The notes: a model not told the origin generated them from the sequence alone. Shown: positions 37,590-53,272, counted from the first letter of the stretch. The stretch is 64,000 bases of DNA from Octopus sinensis (GCF_006345805.1 NC_042998.1:87358001-87422000), one strand, 5' to 3'. Program-made: numbers and translations.

Positions 37590-38800
37590 ATAGCAAGTTA
37601 TTGAGAATAAAGATAGAGTGACCCAAGAATATTACTCCAGACTAAGAAAGATATGGCAGTCTGAACTCTCCTTTTACAACAAGACAATATCCCACAATGC
37701 ATTTGCAGTACCAGTGCTGACTCCAACATTTGGGGTACATGACTGGTCTGTAGAAGAAATCCACCCCATAGATATTAAAACCCACAAGATTCTAACATCA
37801 ACTAGAAATCTCCACAAAAATAGTGATAAGAAGGGATAAAGGAGGTAAGGAATTGAGATCAGTGCAGAGAGCCTTTGAATGCCGCATAGCATTTCTCAGA
37901 CAACACTTGCTAGACAATAGCAACAAAAATAAATTCATTAACTTAGTACTGAAAAGTGAAGAAAACAATATCCTATATGCTGAAAGTAAGTCCTCAGGAA
38001 GTACTCTCTTCCTGATGACCTCCCATACAATCCCAAATCAACTGGACTAGCATACCTCAAAGAAGATCTGGAGGTGAAATGCTCGAAGAAAGATCATGCA
38101 TGAGTATGTTTCTCATGGACATGAAGTGAAGCCTCTCTTGAACTTGTAACTGCTAAGTGACATCACACATTTGCAATTCAAGAATAGGAGATTGCTACTA
38201 AATACCTAATCAACGAAAGAGACAGTGAAGCCTGTGGAGTTCCAAAAGGTAACTGTAACTGTAGATTATGTAATATTTCTGTAGAAGACATCACACATGA
38301 TTAGCAGCTATCCAAAAATGTCATCAAGGTGCTACCTCCCTCTGTGACATGACATTGTTGCAAAACAATATTCAATGCTATTCAGAAGAATTACTGTCCT
38401 GGAATGCCAGCAAATACCAGCACAAGGAATAATTGTGGAACATTCCCATCAAAACATCTTTAAAGTGTAAGCATAACAGAGATAGTTGTTTGGGACAGAC
38501 AAGAAAAAGTATGTACTGCCATAAAGGTCAGCTGTCCTACTGAGGTGAATATATCTTTGAAAATCAATACGAAGATAACTATGGGCAACTGCCTTGAAAG
38601 TCCAGCTTCTATATCCACATTACAAATTTACATTTACACCAATAATAATTTTCTAGGTAAATGCCTAACTGCCAGTCTGGATAAGCTTGGATTTTCATAA
38701 AAAGGAATCAACTAGCTGATTCACAGACTGCGAATACAATCGGTAAACGGAACAATGAAACTTTGTAGGACTTTTCTCAAGTTTAAAATGTGACAATATT
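37590..38800 (+). mobile_element. RLE-type (R4/Dong-like) non-LTR retrotransposon 3' fragment
   Basis: EYYSRLRKIWQSEL...NAFAVPVLTPTFG, CNCRLC..SVEDITH and a 3' end homologous to 19340-19990 (same family, opposite orientation). Confidence 0.72.
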
Positions 38801-39479
38801 TTCATTATTTATATTCCAATGATGGAGTTTTGTATCTGTTAGAAACCAACCCCATCTTTAGTGGAAAAATTTAAATGCTTAAATGCAAAAGAGACATACA
38901 TACATACATGCATGTATGTATGTATGTATGTATGTATGTATGTATGTATGTATGTATGTATGTATGTATGTATGTATGTATGTCATATCTTGTGAAGACC
39001 TGTTGAACGAAATGAAATCAGTCATGGCTGATGATAATGCCGCCTGACTGGCATGTAAGAAGCACCTTTCAAGAATGGCTAATGCCAGTGCTGGCTGACT
39101 GGCACCTGTGCCAATAGCACATAAAATGCACCATTCAAGTGTGGCTTATGACAGTTCCACCCAAATGACACCTGTGTGAGTGACATGTAAAAAGCACCAT
39201 TCAAGCATGACCAATGCCAGTGCTGCCTACTGGCTCCCATGCTAGTGGCATGTAAAAGTACCCACTACACTCTTGGAGTGGTTGGCATTAGGAAGGTCAT
39301 CCAGCTGTGGAAACCTTGCCAAATCTAATTGGAGTCTGGTGCAGCCTCCTGGCGTGCCAGTTTTCAGTCAAACTGTTCAACCCATGCCAGCATGAAAAGC
39401 AGACGTTAAATGACAATGATGATGATGATGATGATGATGATTGGAGTAAATGTAAGGATAAGCAAGTTAGGCAAGTCGG

Positions 39480-41410
39480 CTTACAAAAAATATCAAATAC
39501 ATTTAATACAAAAAATATATACATTTTTATATATAAAAAGGCTGACTTACTCAGAATCGAAACGATATCAAGAATTATAGGGGTTGGATAAAATTTTTGA
39601 GTCCAACAGCTGTTTCTGGGGGGATGGCTTGATTGTCCAAAATAATGATTATAAATTGATTCCAAGGGGGAGTTAGGAGGTATTTAGATAGTGAGTAGTG
39701 GGATGAGAAAAAAATTCAGTGTTAGAGGTTATTAATGAAGCTATTAGGGAGTCATAGTAGGTGGAAGGAAGAGGGAAGTATGTGAAGAGTAACCTTTGTG
39801 TTAATTCGTATTAAGGCTACAGAGCTAAAAGTTGAGATAGTGAAAATGAGAATGGCTATTATTTGAGGGAAATAAGTTGACTGGTTCAGTGGTTGAGGGA
39901 GATTAGTAAGGTATGTAGAGATGTATGAGAGAAGATAGAGTGATGGGTGAGTAGGTGGTCAAATTAGTAGTTGTTAATGGGGCAAAGGAACTGGGTTGGT
40001 ATTGAAGGTGGGTGTTATGGTACAGAGAGGTGTGTGAAATTCAATAGAGGGATCTGAATAGAGAGGGGTAGAGATAGATTGGTTAGTTTTCAAAGGAGTG
40101 GGGTAGTGTTAAGAACTTTTGAAGATGGGAATGTGAAGAGGCTAAGAAGGAAGTGGAAAGTAGGGGATTAGATGAATTTGGAAGAATTTGGAAATGTGTG
40201 TATGAGGAAAAATAAGAGCGGGGTGGGGCGGTGAATTTTTTAAGTAGTAGGTTGCTAGACTGACTTTGTTTTAGTTTAAGGTTATTTTGGGTATGGATAC
40301 TTAAAGTTATGAGATTACATAGATTTAGCAAAGTGAATGAAAGATGAGTAATACCTGTGTTTACAAGAATAAATTACATCATAAAATCTATTAAGTAATA
40401 AGGAGTTATGAAGGTGAAGAATGGTTAATGATTCTTTTAGACATAACTTCCATTTGCCAGTGTTTGCATTGCATGAGGGGGCCTCACTTGCAATGGACCA
40501 GGATAAGGTGTATGGAATATATTGAGATTTAAGATTGTGTAAATAAATTGCTAAGGAGGTTGATAATTTAGAATTTGGATTGGAGAAAGACTTAATGTGT
40601 GCACAGTAGTAGCACTTGAAATCTATGGTGCCACTGATATATATCCTTACTTGGTGAGAGTGCGGTGTTATAACACAGCGTTTGTAGATTACATTTTTGC
40701 GTAGACAGGAGCCTCCAAGAGGGCATAGTTGAGAAACCTGACAACTGCAAGTTTTCCTACCTACTCCGTGGTTGGAGTTTATTACTAGTGAATTTGAGCT
40801 CTATTAGTTCATTGTTAGTGGGGGAGAACCTGAAGTGCAATCTGTATCAGTATTAGATTGGGAGGTGGTATTACAGCTAGTATTTGTTGTTGCAGAGGTA
40901 GTATTGTGGGATGATGGCTTGGGTCTGGTATTATTTAAGAGAGTGGGGTTACTAAGAGTTGTGCTATTGTTAATATGTGGATTAATTTGTGGTGCAGTGT
41001 GAGAGTTTAGGTGTTCTGAGGACTGGTGTTGGAGTTTGCATTTATTTGAGTTGGCGATTATGGATCCCAAACTAGGTGTGGTGGAATAGGAGATTTCCAC
41101 AGATAATTTGTTAAAAATAGGATGGTATTTATGCTGTGGTAGAAAAATAGATTTTAGTATTTTAAAGAAGAGTTTAGGTAGAGATTTAACTTGGAGAGAG
41201 AAAGGTAGGGTGAATCATAAGGTTTCCCACTTCCAGGCCTTAGAATGTTTAGAGTGTGTAGTTGTAGTGGGTTGATTAGGAGCAGGAGGGGGGCTTGAAG
41301 TTGTTTTAGGCTTGGGGTAGCCAGTGGGGCAGCTGAGTGTGATGTGTAAGGGTTTTTTTTTTGAGAGTTGTTGGATTGATGTAGAGTCCATAGATTCCGG
41401 GTTAGTAATG
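39480..41410 (-). mobile_element. Penelope-like element 3' part with GIY-YIG endonuclease
   Basis: Hand translation of ~40770-40308 (no ATG, absent from the track): CSC...CPLGGSCLRKNVIY...RIYISGTIDFK...H..SF...STSL..YL..LK...LSWSI...KLCLKE...LLN...CKH; the downstream ACAGCTGTTTC motif is also seen at ~30659. Confidence 0.8.
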
Positions 41411-41572
41411 GGAAAAAGATGTGCTATGTTAGTTTTAAGCTTAGTGTTGGTGATATAATATATCTCTTCATGGAAGCCATTTATCTGGAGAGCCTCTGCT
41501 CAAGTTTAAACCTCTTAAGCACTATGAAGTGTATTCTATATGGAGAATATCTGTCTCTCATCTATAAACCAA

Positions 41573-41620
<48 letters not shown>

Positions 41621-41626
<6 letters not shown>

Positions 41627-42615
41627 AAAGGGCTTAGTAAAATAAATTACTTTGCCACATACTGAACTCATTAGAAATAGTAGCTAAAAAAACTTTTTTA
41701 AAACTATTTCTAATACTTAAAGAAAATCTCTCTCATATAGTGTTTGCTCAATTCAACTTACGAAAGTATGGGGGTAAAGACATTAAAAAATCAAATGCAA
41801 AGGTTATTTGAGAACGTACGTTTCAAGATTAGTCAACTCGACATTTCTATCATCAGCTCAGAACTCCTTGGTTTGGATTTGAAAACACTGAAAGTGGGAG
41901 CATACCCTTTCGGCTTCTTATCGCTTCTGAAGATCTGCTCGAAACTAACAGTGCCAGCACACCCAAAATATGCAAGCGAAGAATTTCTGCTCTCCCCTTT
42001 CCACCAGTGTGGGTTAAATTCAGTAAACACTATGCTTTTTCGGTAAAATCCGAAACATTAAATAGAGAGAGATGAATTATAATTTCAACAATTGAGGGTA
42101 AAATTAATTAATTATTAATCAATTTCACCAAGTGTTCAGTATGTAAAGGGACCATTTAAGGCGAATTCAAATTATTACATTATATAAAAGGGCTTAGTAA
42201 AATAAATTACTTTGCCACATACTGAACTCATTAGAAATAGTAGCTAAAAAAACTTTTTTAAAACTATTTCTAATACTTAAAGAAAATCTCTCTCATATAG
42301 TGTTTGCTCAATTCAACTCACGAAAGTATGGGGGTAAAGACATTAAAAAATCAAATGCAAAGGTTATTTGAGAACGTACGTTTCAAGAATAGTCAACTCG
42401 ACATTTCTATCATCAGCTCAGAACTCCTTGGTTTGGATTTGAAAACACTGAAAGTAGGAGCATACCCTTTCGGCTTCTTATCGCTTCTGAAGATCTGCTC
42501 GAAACTAACAGTGCCAGCACACCCAAAATATGCAAGCGAAGAATTTCTGCTCTCCCCTTTCCACCAGCGTGGGTTAAAATCAGTAAACACTATGCTTTTT
42601 CGGTAAAATCCGAAA
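41621..42615 (+). repeat. 560-bp-period tandem duplication (41621-42055 / 42181-42615)
   Basis: Both copies start TATATAAAAGGGCTTAGTAAAATAAATTAC; 5 substitutions seen in ~435 bp. Confidence 0.95.
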
Positions 42616-43049
<434 letters not shown>

Positions 43050-43239
43050 TCAGGAGTCATAATATAGTTATTTGAAAAAACTTTTATGGATGTGTCTATG
43101 ATCATAAGAACTGACAGTTGAATTTATCAGTTTTCTGTTTTGAACTGATATTAGTGTATGTTGAGAAAGAAGCTTAAAAAGTACAGCAAAACATAGAGAA
43201 TCCCCCCTCCTCTTCCCCCTCCTTCTTCTCCTCCTTCTC

Positions 43240-43272
<33 letters not shown>

Positions 43273-45464
43273 GTTTAATGATCATGTTCCATGCTGGCAT
43301 AGGTTGGATGGTGTAACAGGACTGCATCGTATTCCAATGTCTGTTTTAGCAGAGGTCTTGACATATACTCTTACTAATGTCAACCTCTTTACAGTTGGTA
43401 TTTTTACAGTTTGTTATTTTTACATAGTACAGCATTAATAAAATCACTATGTGACCTGCTAGACATAGATTCCCATCAATTGAATTGGGCTATTGTAGAG
43501 AGAAAGAGGCAGTTTTAGTGTAATGGATGAGGAGGTAAAATGTGAGAGAAGGGGCAAAAACAGAACATGTTTCTTGCAGTAGAGGAGCTACATTGCTACT
43601 CATATTATACAAGAGAAGATAAGAATGGCTAGGATAGAGCTGGAAAGAGATAAAAATATAGTTTGTAGAGAGAATATTACATTAAGTAAATTTAATTAAA
43701 TTGAATATATTTAATTACATTAAATGTAATTAACTATATAAACATGCTCAAAATTTAATAATGATGTAAGAGTTTGTAGAGTACAGTCTGAAGAAATTAG
43801 ATCTTTAACAAACAGTACAATGTTGTTATTTCTGAATTTTACCATCATTAACTTGTTTACAAAGAAAATAAATTTACATTTTCAAATATCTAATTAAAAT
43901 ATTACATACATACATACAAACACACATACATACATACATACATACATACATACATACATACATACATACATACATACATACATACATACATGCTTACATA
44001 CATACATATGTAAATGTGTGTGTGGATGTATGTAATGTTTTATTGAATTTAATGTGACAGATTGCCAGATAGAAGTAAACTTTTGGAACAATACATTGGT
44101 TTATGAATATTTATTTACAAACAAGGAATAATTATTTGGTAAATTATCAAATAAACATTCAGAGCTGATTGGACAAGGAATTATGTCATTTAGAATTAAT
44201 TAACACTGTTAGCTAATACAATTGAGAGTTAATGAAAAAACAGTAAAAGCATTAAAATTCAATAAAATGAAGTCAGATAAAACGGAATCATGTTGCATTT
44301 GAACAGGGTTATATAAAGTTAGTTAAAGTATAATATTATAATATAGTTATAACATCTGAAGTAAAGAGAAAAAGTTTCAAGCAAAAACCGTTTTAGAAAC
44401 CAAGAATTTATGAAGCAAAAATTTGTGAAACAAACAGGAGCCAGTCGGGGAGCACTGGTATTGAACATGTTTTGATGGTGCTTTTTACGTACCACTGGCA
44501 AAGGGGAGCTTAGGTGGTACAGGCTTTTAAGTAATTCAGATTTTTAGTTTAAAACTGATTCATATGAAATAGGATAAAATACTTCCCACTTATACATAAC
44601 AAGTATTTCATAGAATGACAGTAGGACCCATGTTTCTATAATTGACCAATGGATTATGAAAGGGGCCAAACCAGCTTTTTCAGTTGAGAAACTTGTTTGA
44701 ATAGAGTAACTGAGGACTTGTTTTCTGGATATGTAAAAGAAATTTTGTGCTAGAAAATCTATTCTAAAGCCATTTTTTGTTGTTATGGTGTAAGTTTTGT
44801 ATGTAGAGCTATCATCTATTAGGACTTTAGCTCTTTATATTACTCCTTTGATCAAGCAAATGCTGTTAGAATGACAGTTGCTCAGCTTACACCATTCAAT
44901 TTATAGTTATTTTAATTTTCATTGACTTCAAGTCTTTTCACATCACATTGGTTAACCAGTGAAGTGAAGTTCTCTGAACAAAAGTAGGTAACTTCTTGTG
45001 TGCTGCTGTTAAATATCCTATAATACTTATGACACTTAGGAAAATGTCTAGGTTACATAAGTCTCATGTCCTCTGATATTTTTGAAATTGTATTTCATCA
45101 TCATCATTATCATCATCATCATCTTTATCATAACTTTAATATCTACTTTCCATGCTTGCATGGGTCAGACAAAATCTTTTTTCTCATAAATAACAGTGAC
45201 AAATTGATATGACACTGCCAGAAAATGTCTTGACGAACTACGGCAGAAATTGTATTCACCTCAATAGACGTCATTGATTGGTTGAAATTGCTGAAAAATG
45301 CAAGAAATTAAACAACAAATAGCTTACAAACTACAGAATTTTCTCAAGAAAGCCAAGAGAAAAAGATGTTTTATGTAGCACATTCTACCAGTATACGAAG
45401 TTTAAAAGTGTTTAGTTACAAAGAAATTATTTTTAAAATCTGCCGGTCAAAGCGAAAAGATCCC

Positions 45465-46340
45465 ATTTTTCTTCTAGTGCTGACTTAAGCTGCTCAAGCT
45501 GTTCACAGTAGATCTTCTTTGCTATTGTTTGGTTTGGGTTCAAAGGTTCTAAGTGGACTAAACCTTTCATATCTCACCAAACAGATAACACCTTATGTGG
45601 GTGAAGACCTTCTTTAGCCTGGGGTGCTGGTGTTTCTCCTTTCCCTACTCACTGTCTTCGGTGTTTGACATTTTTATAAAGAACCCATTTCCTGTCATCA
45701 ATTACTATTCAGTCTAAAGAAGGTTCATTCATGAGACATGACAGCAAAGAAGAGCACACATTCACTCTCTGCATGTGGTTAGACTCAGGAAGTTTGTGAA
45801 GAACCCATTGATCCAATTTTCTGACTTTTCCAATAGAATGCAGGTGTTGATAAATGGTTCAATGACTGAATCCAAGCTTCTCTGCTAATTCCTCAACAGT
45901 TATGATGGGATTTTGTTCCAGCAGTGTTTGCAGGACATCCTTGTCGAGCCATACAAAACTTCCAGGATGGGGCATGTCTTCTAGGCTGTAGTTTCTGGCT
46001 CAGAATTTCTAGAGCCACCGTTGACACTGGCTTATGCTTATTGTCCGATCCCTAAATACTGCATTAATAGTCTTTGCACTTTCCATTGTGTTGTTGCCTT
46101 TATTGAACTCATAAAGAAAAATGTAATGAATATGCTCCTTTGTCACTTCAATTATAGCTCTGAAAAAATAACTGTTAAAATTAAACTGCATTCTTCAAAA
46201 CTTGTACTAAGAATGAATAAGTACAGGGTAAAATTACTGCCTGCTTTTATAGCAAGTTGATGCAGGTAGTTTATCCTATCTTCCAATGATTTTAGTTCAT
46301 GCAATTGAAAAAACCGCATTATTTATGGGATGACCCAATA
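45465..46340 (-). mobile_element. Mariner transposon, 5' two-thirds, degraded
   Basis: TA|TATTGGGTCATCCCATAAATAATGCGGTTTTT left TIR; EVTKEHIHYIFLYEFNKGNN...SQCQRW (HTH), WVLHKL (WVPHEL-like) and DDRKW (catalytic-D region). Confidence 0.88.
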
Positions 46341-46348
46341 TATATGTG

Positions 46349-46383
<35 letters not shown>

Positions 46384-46391
46384 CTATCTAG

Positions 46392-46440
<49 letters not shown>

Positions 46441-46794
46441 GTATGTATTTATGTATATGTATGTATTTATGTATATACATATTTACATACACATGCATAT
46501 ACACACACACAATTATTTTTACCCTTTATGGACTTTTGTCTCAGTCTTAAATAATTTATAATCTATATGGATTTTTTTACATTGTTTTCATGAAAAATAC
46601 CTTGCTAAGACTAATTATGTACCCTATGTATCTTATAATGAAGTATGTATACAAGTATGTGCCTGTATGTGTGTATATATACACACACATCCTTTTATAT
46701 ATACACACACATAAATGTGTGTGTGTGTGTGTGTGTGTGTGAGTTTATCATATATATATTGTATATACATATGTAACATTTGATTTCTTTGTAG

Positions 46795-46956
<162 letters not shown>

Positions 46957-47336
46957 TAGCAAAGAAGTTATTCTAATTGGAAAAATTAATCATCTCAAGA
47001 GAACAAAAGGAATGGCCATGATTAAGATTCCAGTTGTGGCTTTCATGTCCTTATTATGAGGCATACTGTCTTCACAATAGGGTTTTGCTTTCAATATTGC
47101 ACACGTTCATTGAATATTCAAAGGATTGTTGCTAAGCTGATGTGATTTGACTAGAAATCATCATCATCATCATTGTTGCTGTGTATCATAATCACTATCA
47201 TAATGAGGTAATGTTCCCTCTAACTTGTGTGTCTATATGTGTACATATTTTGTACCACCATTGTATGAAAGAAATTAAATCTAAAGCTAGCTATACACCC
47301 TATGCATCTTATAATGATGTATGTATATATATATAT

Positions 47337-47847
47337 ACTAGCAGCATAGCCCGGCATTGTCCGGGTATGTAAGAGCCCCTGGAGCAGACATGATGCTCGC
47401 TGTGAATTTTAAAAAAATTCCTGCCAATTTGTGAAAGATATTGTCGAAAATATGTCATCTTGAATTTGAACGCGATTTCCCAAAATGGCATGATTTTATC
47501 GATTTTTTCTGATGGTAAGGTATTGCATGGGAAACTAACGTCAGAATTAAGTTTCTTAGGGTAACATTAAGCTTCACCATGAGTTTGGTGAAAATCGATT
47601 GCAAGTTGCAGAAACTACAACAGAAAATGTGTTGCAAATAAAAAGCTTAGATTCTTGACCCCATGTCGAATTTATCAATTTTTTTCAGAACTGGGGGAAC
47701 TTTTCAAACTTTTCGCTGCATTAGTTTTGAATTATGACATTGAGCTATATGTGTGTCAAGATTCATCAGAATCGGTTGAAAGCCGTGGTCAGGGCGAGGG
47801 TACAACCTGACAGACACACAGACAGACAAACTGCCGTTTATATATAG

Positions 47848-47849
<2 letters not shown>
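47337..47849 (+). mobile_element. Non-autonomous Helitron-like element (DINE-1/Lep1-type architecture)
   Basis: Starts ACTAGCAGCATAGCCCGGCATTGTCCGGG (subterminal hairpin); ends with (GACA)n...CTGCCGTTTATATATAGAT; inserted in a TA run. Confidence 0.7.
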
Positions 47850-47895
<46 letters not shown>

Positions 47896-49679
47896 GTGTA
47901 TACAAGTACACACACGTACACACACACACATGCAAACATACCCCGCACATGATACAGAAAATTAAAAACAAAAAGAAAGGAAAATTAATGTAATCAATGA
48001 AAGCACAATGCACAGCTCTGTTGCTCTATAATTGTTTTACATTTTGGTACAAGGCCCGCAAGCAATTTTAAGGAGCGGTGTCTAGTTGTTTGCATCAACT
48101 CCACTACTTGACTATTACCTTCTTTTATCAACCCTGAAAGGATGAAAGACAAAATTGAATGTGGTAGAATTTGAACTCAAAATGTTTTGAATTGGAGGAA
48201 ATGCTAACGATTGTGCCAGATCACTGCCCTAATTCTGTAGCATTTAAACCAGCCATATCTGATTCTAATATTCTACCTATTTTATGTTCAAGCCAGCCAG
48301 ATCCAGCCTTTCACATTTGCTCTATAATGTGATTCTAAAAATAAATAATCACATCATTGAAATCTTGAAGCTACAGGATAATGCTTATATATAGGCACAG
48401 GAGTGGCTGTGTGGTGAGTAGCTTGCTTACCAACCACATGGTTCCAGGTTCAGTCCCATTGTATGGCAGTAAAAATAACAATTTTTATAACTTGGAAATA
48501 AATTCTGGGAATAATCGAAATAAATTATGGAACACAGCAATTATTTTTGGCAATTTTTTTGCGTGATTTTTGCACACACACACACACACACACATATATA
48601 TGTAAAGTCACGTCAATAATGGTGTGTGTCAAAAGCTGTACACAATAGATTTTAGTTTGTTAAAGCTTTCTTCATAATCAGAGGAAGAAAGCAAAAAGAA
48701 AAAAACAAGTGATAGCAGTTAGCAAGCCTGAATAAGGAGGGGAGATAATTTCAAAACATTAAAAATAATTTCGGGGCTGGATTAACATGTTTAGGTGCTT
48801 AGGACAAGTGATCAATCTGATCTTTTTCTTTTTATGTGGGAGAAGTGGCACAGCTGTGGATGCATTTCACTTTCACTTTGGCCTCATTAGCATAGTCCTT
48901 CACATCTCTGAATAATCGTGAACAATTTTTACTTATACAGAAACGTTTAGTATATTCTTGACAAGGAGTAATTTGCATAATTATAAAGAAAAGGACTTAA
49001 GAGAAAATAATTCAACAGGATAAGTGGTATGAATATGGATAACAAAGTTGATGATGGTGGTGGGGCACTAAATGTCATATATGATAAATCTCTAATCCAT
49101 TAAAATTTCCTTCACTGACAGCAGAGGAGAATAAAAACTTAACAATATTTGTTAGCAACTCTGAATAAATAATAATAAAAAAGAAGATAATTTCCTGAAA
49201 TTAAAAATAATTTTGTACTTGAGTTTAGATGTGTAAGAAAAGCTCATCTTTGTTTGTCTTGTAGGTGTATGTGTCATGTGTATGTCCTCAAGTATCTGTA
49301 TAAGCATACAAGGTATTACTGCTAATGTCTGTCTACATCAAACATAATTAGCACCACCCCATCTGCATGGCTACACAGGACTAACACCCACCATGTTAAT
49401 AATTATTGGTAATAATTTGTTGGTGGTTGAGCGAAATAAACAGTAAATCAATTAATGGTGGATATAACTGGCTATGTCATCTGGCTGTCATCAACACGAT
49501 CGCGCAAACTCTCTTCCTTTCAGATGCAGAAAACAGACAGATAACAATTTATTCATCCACTATTGGAAACTCACCTTTTCTTGTCAGAAAATGGACATCA
49601 GCTCACCCACCTGCCACTGATTATTCCTCTCTTTTTGCCAGGTTCAGAACTCTAGGGCTTCCACCCTCAACATTGGCAT

Positions 49680-52450
49680 GACGACAGGTAGGTATGGAGA
49701 GAGTGTAGAGATGCAATATTAGAAGCAACTAAATGCATTCTATATACAGGAGAAATGATGGAGAAAAGTGAGAGTCAGACTCCTCGTGGACAAAAAACAG
49801 ATATGAATTCTTCTGGTTGGGGAAAAAGGATGATGGGGTGAATGGAGGAGGCATATTGGTGTTGATGGATAAAATAATTGAGATGGTTTGAGTGTGTTTA
49901 GAATGATTAAACTTAGACTAGTCAAGAACAACATGGAAGTGATATTTATCTCTGCATGTGTACTGCAGTAAGAGTTAGTAGAGGAACAGAGGAATCCCTT
50001 TTATGAAAAGCTGCTGCTGACCACCTAAATAATGAATGACAGTGACCTTGTCAGAAGTTGTGACTTTGAATGCTTGAATAAGGTATTAGGTATAAGGAGA
50101 AATCAAGAATCTTGGAGTTCTGTGTTGTAGTTGACTTAACTATTTGCCTCACTAACTTTCAGAAACCAGCCAGCTATCTGATTTCCCTTCCAATCAGGAA
50201 GACACATAAGCCAAATCAATTAAATATTCACCAGAAAATGGGATTGGCAATTGGTTATAAATAATAGATCTCTCTCTGTTTCATCACAAACTAGTGATCA
50301 GTGACCTTAGGATAAGAATTAAACAGTCAGACATACAGGATGATCTAGACAATATGGAGGTTGAAACACTCATTGACCAGACATACATTCAGAGAAGTAC
50401 TAGTTGATGTTTATGATAAGACAGATTTATAACATAGCAAACGACTAGGAATTCTATGAGACAATGTACTGCAAGCAATAGATCAGCTATGGTGCAGAAT
50501 TTTGGCTATATGGAAGAAGGTATGGGGACGGAAAGTATCATAGATGTAGCTATAAAAGCTAAAAAACAGACCTTGAAGGAGTGAAAAAAATGTGATGAGT
50601 AAAGAAAACTATCAAATAGCTAAAAAAGTTAGACATCAGGTATACTTAGCAAGAGGAGAAGGTAAAAATAAGAGATTTGCTCACATTCAGTGATATGAAG
50701 ATCAGAGATTTCTCATGTTTTGAATAACAAAGTAATATTCTAGAGAGAATCATAACATTGTTGTAGTATATATGGAATAACAAAACACTTGCCCTCACTG
50801 ACACTGAAAAAGAATGCTACTATGAGAGGCTAAGACTGAATAAAAAGAATGCATGATAAAAAGATGATATGCTATAAAAGTGAACAGCTGGTTGGTTGAA
50901 AGCAGAATTAGGTATTTGAAGGCAAGGAAGGCTGCTGGTTCTTCAAGAGAGCCCACTGAGATGCTGAAGATAACAGATGAAGCAGATCATATGTTGAGGC
51001 AGATCATATGTTGAGGCAGATCATATGTTGAGGCAGATCATATGGTCAGTGAGGCAATACAGGGAGATGTCATACCTAACAATTGGCACAGTAGTCTCAT
51101 CCATCAAATTGCTGCAAGGGTAAAAAAGCTTTTGAGAGAAGCTACTACAGAAGTATCAAATTGATGGACTAAATTATGAGAGCTGTTGAAAGAATTATAA
51201 TGCAATGATTAGAAAGATAATTAGTCTACATGATATGCAATTCAGGTTAATGCCGGATAAAGTACCACCGACACAATTCTTTGGAAATAAACTTCTAAAG
51301 AAGTACTTCTAGGGCTTTGACTGGATGTAATTAGATAGATGGTCACAAAAAAGAAAAAAGAAAAAAAAGAAAAGATAGGTATAGGTTAATGGCTTAAAAT
51401 AGCCATGCAAACCATCTACAAAAGTGTCATCAGTGAGTTGGGAGTTAGAAATGAGATCAGTGAGGAATTTATATGCAGGCTGATGGTCCTCAAAGTTCAG
51501 TTCTCAGCTTCCCTCTGGATATAAGTTCTTCAGATCATAACAAAAAGAGTTTAAAATTGCCTGTCTGAAGGAATTTCGGCCTACCAATGACTTAATTCTC
51601 ACTGCTGGATCAGTAGAAGAATTAAAGAAAAATTCCAAACCTGAAAACCCTATCTTTAATCAAGAAGCCTTAAAGTAAACCTAGTAGTAATGACAAACGT
51701 TCTTGTTAGCAGGAATGAAGACAAGATTGTATTGTTATCAAAATAGTTCAGAATATAGAAAAGGAGAAGAGGAGAGGTAAGAATTTTATATAGTGTACAC
51801 AAGTAACTATGGATGTACAAGAGGTGCAGTGGGGCCTTGACTATAGGTTGACAAGGGAAGTACACTTCATATGTAGCATATGCATAGGAGTGGCTATCAG
51901 TGAATGTGAAATAAAATTTCTTTAAATGTCCCCAAGTTTCCCTAGGAGTAGTTAATAGCTTCTGTTACTTAGGACATCTATTAGCATTTGAGATTGGTGT
52001 TTTTAAAGTATATTTCCAGAGTAAGAATGAAGTGGAAGAAGTTTAGGGAACTAGAACCCTTGCTGGCAACAAAGGGTTTCTCCCTCAAAATATAGAACAT
52101 AATGAAGGTTTCTTGTGTGTGAAGTACAATGCATCTTGATTGTGAATGAAGAAAATTTTCAAAGTATAGAAAGAAATGAGACAATATACGAATTCACTAA
52201 ATGTTTAATGTTAGTGTGTGTGAATGTTGAAGCAAAAATGGGCTAATGGTAATAAACTCGATATAAAAGTTATTAGAGCTAGCTTGCAAGAGAGAATACT
52301 GCAGAATTATGTGCATGTAATGCATAAAGAGGATATCAGTTGTATGCAGAATTATTGAGCACTCCAAGCAGATGGATCCTGCAGAAGAGAGATCAAAGAA
52401 AACATTGGAAGAAGTGGTAAAGACAGAACTCAAGAGACAGAACTCTCTGA
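49680..52450 (+). mobile_element. Old degraded RTE-clade LINE (EN/RT remnants); related debris at ~55930-56400, 57150-58200 and 63050-63380
   Basis: Patchy motifs, e.g. MQFRLMPDKVPPT (QFGF-like) and R-NYRSIKL (NYRGIKL-like); many stops; includes a 17-bp unit repeated ~3.7 times at 50982-51045. Confidence 0.6.
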
Positions 52451-52940
52451 AGGAGATGATGAGTGACTGCTACAAGTGATGAAACAGTGTACTTGAGAGA
52501 TCCGAACATAACCAGAGGATGCATGTAAAAATGGACACAAAACTGATGATGATGATGATGGTGATAATGATAATAACGGTGTTAGTAACAGAAGATGGAA
52601 TATAGAATATCAACATTTGGGTCTCTTTCACCATATTTTGTTTATATTTAACCTCCTTGCCACCAACCACTTTTGTTACAAACATACTCATTCTCTTTCT
52701 TCTGTTACTCTCCTCTCCACTGACAACTATCACTCTCTCCTTCTCTCTCTCTCTCTCTCACCCTCTTACCAATCATTACCACTCATCTTTATTACTCTCT
52801 ATCCTTCTCTCCCTTTCTTGTCTACTTGTCCAACACTTTTTCTCTCTTCCATTGCCCCCTCTTCCATTATCCTGTCTTTATCCTGTCACCCTCTCTCTCT
52901 CTCTCATTCTCTCTCTCTCTTCCCACCATTAGGCTACTTA

Positions 52941-52999
<59 letters not shown>

Positions 53000-53272
53000 T
53001 GTATGTATGTATGTATGTATGTATGTATGTATGTATGTATGTATAATATTAAATATATTATAGATATATTTTTAAATATATGGATTGTTTACAGAGTGTT
53101 CATAGAGAGCCAAGGTGAAAAAATATAGAGTAAGAAAATTGAAAACACAAAGTTTAGGCTGTCAGACTGCCTAAACATTTTGCATTTTCAATTTTCTCTA
53201 CTCTATATTTTAGACATATATATGTATATGTATGTATATATACATATGTGTGTGTGTGTGTGTGTAAGTATG

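Noticed and set aside
41833-42030. hAT dimerisation-domain resemblance (RWWK...SFEQIFRS)
   Set aside because: Motif spacing is shorter than in hAT domains and flanking motifs are absent; too weak to call.
49265-49312. Possible 48-nt phase-0 poison cassette exon (strong acceptor tttgtttgtcttgtag; in-frame TAA)
   Set aside because: The donor AG|GTATTA is weak and there is no homology support; expected by chance in a 6.8-kb intron. Junction reads would be needed.
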